DNA of 64,000 nucleotides from Chiloscyllium plagiosum. Its lineage: Eukaryota. Location: assembly GCF_004010195.1 (NCBI RefSeq), contig NC_057718.1:95854354-95918353 (forward strand), written 5' to 3'. How positions within the stretch are numbered: the first letter of the stretch is position 1; each line of letters opens with the position of its first letter. The position numbers were made by a program, and so were the translations under genes. The notes beneath the pieces are model-generated. The model was not told the origin of the DNA. It did not search any database and saw only the letters and a program-made list of their open reading frames with translations. Positions 61,545 to 64,000 of the stretch are shown one piece after another.

Positions 61545-62222
61545 ATTACAAGGGTGTTGCCTGGTCTCAATGGTCTGAGTTATAGGGAGAGGTTAGACAG
61601 GCTGGGACTTTTTTCTAGGTAAAAACAATGACTGCAGGATGCTGGAAACCAGAGTCTAGATTAGAGTGGTGCTGGAAAAGCACAGCAGTTCAGGCAGCAT
61701 CCGAGGAGCAGGAAAATCAACATTTCGGGCAAAAGCCCTTCATCAGGAATACAGCATTCCTGTATTCCTGATGAAGGGCTTTTGCCCGAAAGGTCGATTT
61801 TACTACTCCTCGGATGCTGCCTGAACTGCTGTGCTTTTCCAGCACCACTCTAATCTGGGACTTTTTTATCCTTTCTTGAGGTGTGCAAGATCATGAAAGG
61901 TATGGATAAGGGGAATGCAGTCAGCTTTTTTTCCGCTAGGTTGTAGTATTGAGGGCCAGAGGGCCTCAGTTTAAGGTTAGAGGGGAAAGAATAAAAGGGA
62001 ACCTGAGAGGCAAAGTTTTACATAGAGAGTGGTACACTTGTGGAATGAGCTGCCAGAGGAAATGGTTGGGGCAGCTACTTTCACAATATTTCAAAGGCAT
62101 TTGGACAAATACACGGAAAGGCAAGGATTAGAAAGAGATGGGCCAAGTGCAGGGGAATGGGGTTAGCATGGGTGGACATTTTGGGCCAAAAGATCTGTCT
62201 TTGTGCTGTAGGACTCTATGAC
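61545..62222 (+). mobile_element. CR1 3' portion interrupted by a PLE fold-back
   Basis: ctgagttatagggagaggttagacaggctgggac...tggaatgagctgccagaggaa...gactctatgac. Confidence 0.8.
61615..61854. mobile_element. PLE family A fold-back with 13-bp TSD
   Basis: TSD ctgggactttttt at 61602-61614 and 61855-61867. Centre cttcatcaggaatacag-cattc-ctgtattcctgatgaag. Confidence 0.9.
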
Positions 62223-62799
62223 ACTTTTATTCCAACCCATTTGTGATAACGTCCATTAATATTTCTTAATTTCTCCTTCTACCTTTGCAGTGTGCTACAG
62301 TGCATCACTTGGGAATGCTGAATTGCTGTGATAGCACACACAATGCAGTCTGGAGTTAAGGTTACTAATGTGGAGGCTCCAATATTCTGTCCTTTGCATA
62401 ACTGAGTAGGGATCTCTCCTGTTGTTACCACTTACTGCGTGTACAAGGATTTACATGTTGGTACAGAAACCTTTCCACCACATTATGATCGTACCTTCCT
62501 TAGTGACCAAGTCCTGGAGTGGGACTTGAACCCAGAGCATTTGGCTCAGAGGCAGAAATGCTGCCCACTGTGCCATAAGACCATCTTGTATTTTTGCACG
62601 AGCAAACTGCCTTTGTTCCTAATGTGTAAGCGTTGAAGAAAATAAAGCTGATTTGTTTTGATTGTCTCCAAGGTCAATTACCTCATACTGCCTCACATTG
62701 ATCTCCATCATCCATCGAAAGTTCAAGGGCTCCAGACATCTGGGAGTTACCTCACTAGTAGTTTGTGCTCAAGTCATAAGACATTCTTACTTGGAATGA

Positions 62800-63095
62800 T
62801 GCCATTGTTCCTTCATTGTTGTTGGATCAGAACCTGGAGTTCCCTCAAAAGCTGTAGAGTACGTTAACCTTGTTGACTTCAGTGATTCAAGAAAATGACA
62901 CTTGACCATTTTCTCAAGGGGGATTAGGGATGGGCAATTAATGCTGACCCAACCAATGATACCCCACATCATAAAAAATTATTTTTGTTTGTTCAATTCA
63001 TGGGGTGTGGGTTTTTCTCACTGGGCCAGTATTTATTACTTGTGTCTGTTAGCCCTTGGGAAGGTGGTCGTGAGCTGCCTACTTGAACTTCGGTG
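62800..63095. mobile_element. Two LINE/SINE 3' tails of the gggatgggcaataaatgctg type, tail to tail
   Basis: Plus 62800-62970 (ttagggatgggcaattaatgctg). Minus 62990-63095 (ccagtatttatt...cccttgggaaggtggtcgtgagctgcc). Confidence 0.55.
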
Positions 63096-63324
63096 GTTCA
63101 GTCATAAACACTGTCAGGGAGACCTTTTTCAATGAGTTGCATTGTGAGAGGGATTGGAGACAAGGTGGAGTAGAGTTGCAAGTCCATGCACATGTGGTTT
63201 AAGAAATGTAGGCTTCTTTGGTCCCACTGTAGATCACCAAGTTGGAAATGGTAGATCATCTTGAAACCAATACCACTGAAATAAATCTCTTGGTATCAGT
63301 GTGTACCTGCACTTCCATAATTGA

Positions 63325-64000
63325 ATTGCAGAAAGGTGCTGTGTGCAATGAGACCTGGGTGTTCTTGTGCATCAGTCGCTGAAGGTAGGTGTGCAAGTGC
63401 AGCAAGCAGTAAAGAAGGCAAACAATGTGTTGGCCTTCATTGCATGAGGTTTCGAGTACAGGATCAGGAATGTGTTGTTGCAGTTAGACAGGGTCTTGGT
63501 GAGGCCACCCTGAGATTATTGTGTGCAGTTTTGGTCTCCTTTTCTGAGGAAGGATGTTCTTGCTCTCGAGGAAGTGCAGCGAAGGTTTCCCAGGCTGGTT
63601 CGACGGATGGCGGGACTGACACATGAGGAGAGCTGGACTAGGTTAGGATTGTTTTCACTGGAGTTCAGACAAATGAAGGGGGACTCTCATAGAGACTAAC
63701 AAAATGCTAACTGGACTAGAAAGGGTAGATGCAGGGAGGATGTTCCTGGTGGTGGGTGTGTCCAGAACCAGGGGTCACAGTCTGAGGATTGAGGGTGGAC
63801 CATTTGGGACGGAGATGAGGAGACATCGCTTCACCCACAGAGTGGTGAGCCTGTAGAATTCATTACCACAGGAAATTGTTGATTCCAAAACATGGAATGT
63901 GTTCAAGGGGCAGCTAGATGTAGCAGTTGGGGCATTTGTGATCAAAGGTTATGGGGGGAAAGCAGGATGAGGCGACTGAGTTGGACAATCAGCCATGATC
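63325..64000 (+). mobile_element. CR1 3' portion, running off the window end
   Basis: gagacctgggtgttcttgtgcatcagtc...ttggtgaggccacc...cttcacccacagagtggtgagcc. Confidence 0.88.

Overview
Eukaryotic, repeat-dense, apparently non-coding DNA (intergenic or intronic). It is most likely from a cartilaginous fish, inferred from the HE1/V-SINE plus CR1(HER1)-type repeat complement. I can support no host protein-coding gene, rRNA, tRNA or CRISPR array. Roughly half the window is decayed retroelements: CR1 LINE 3' fragments, HE1-like tRNA-derived V-SINEs, Deu-domain SINEs, a second tRNA-derived SINE family, and Rex1/Babar, L2, RTE and Tx1-like LINE ends. There is also one solo LTR with a 4-bp TSD and many Penelope-like element (PLE, GIY-YIG) fragments. 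The most notable signal is in the PLE termini. At least four distinct PLE families carry minimal hammerhead-ribozyme motifs (CUGANGA-helix II-GAAA-palindromic helix III). Many occur as short fold-back insertions with 10-14 bp TSDs whose inversion point sits at the hammerhead. One locus has a tandem hammerhead pair 102 nt apart, and another has two different families joined head to head at their hammerheads. Also present are a 1.75-kb minisatellite (29-31 bp unit) with higher-order structure, and three repeat-free islands that look like conserved regulatory DNA, one with candidate small exons. Coordinates were read by eye and are approximate unless TSDs are quoted. Family names come from recalled similarity, not database searches.
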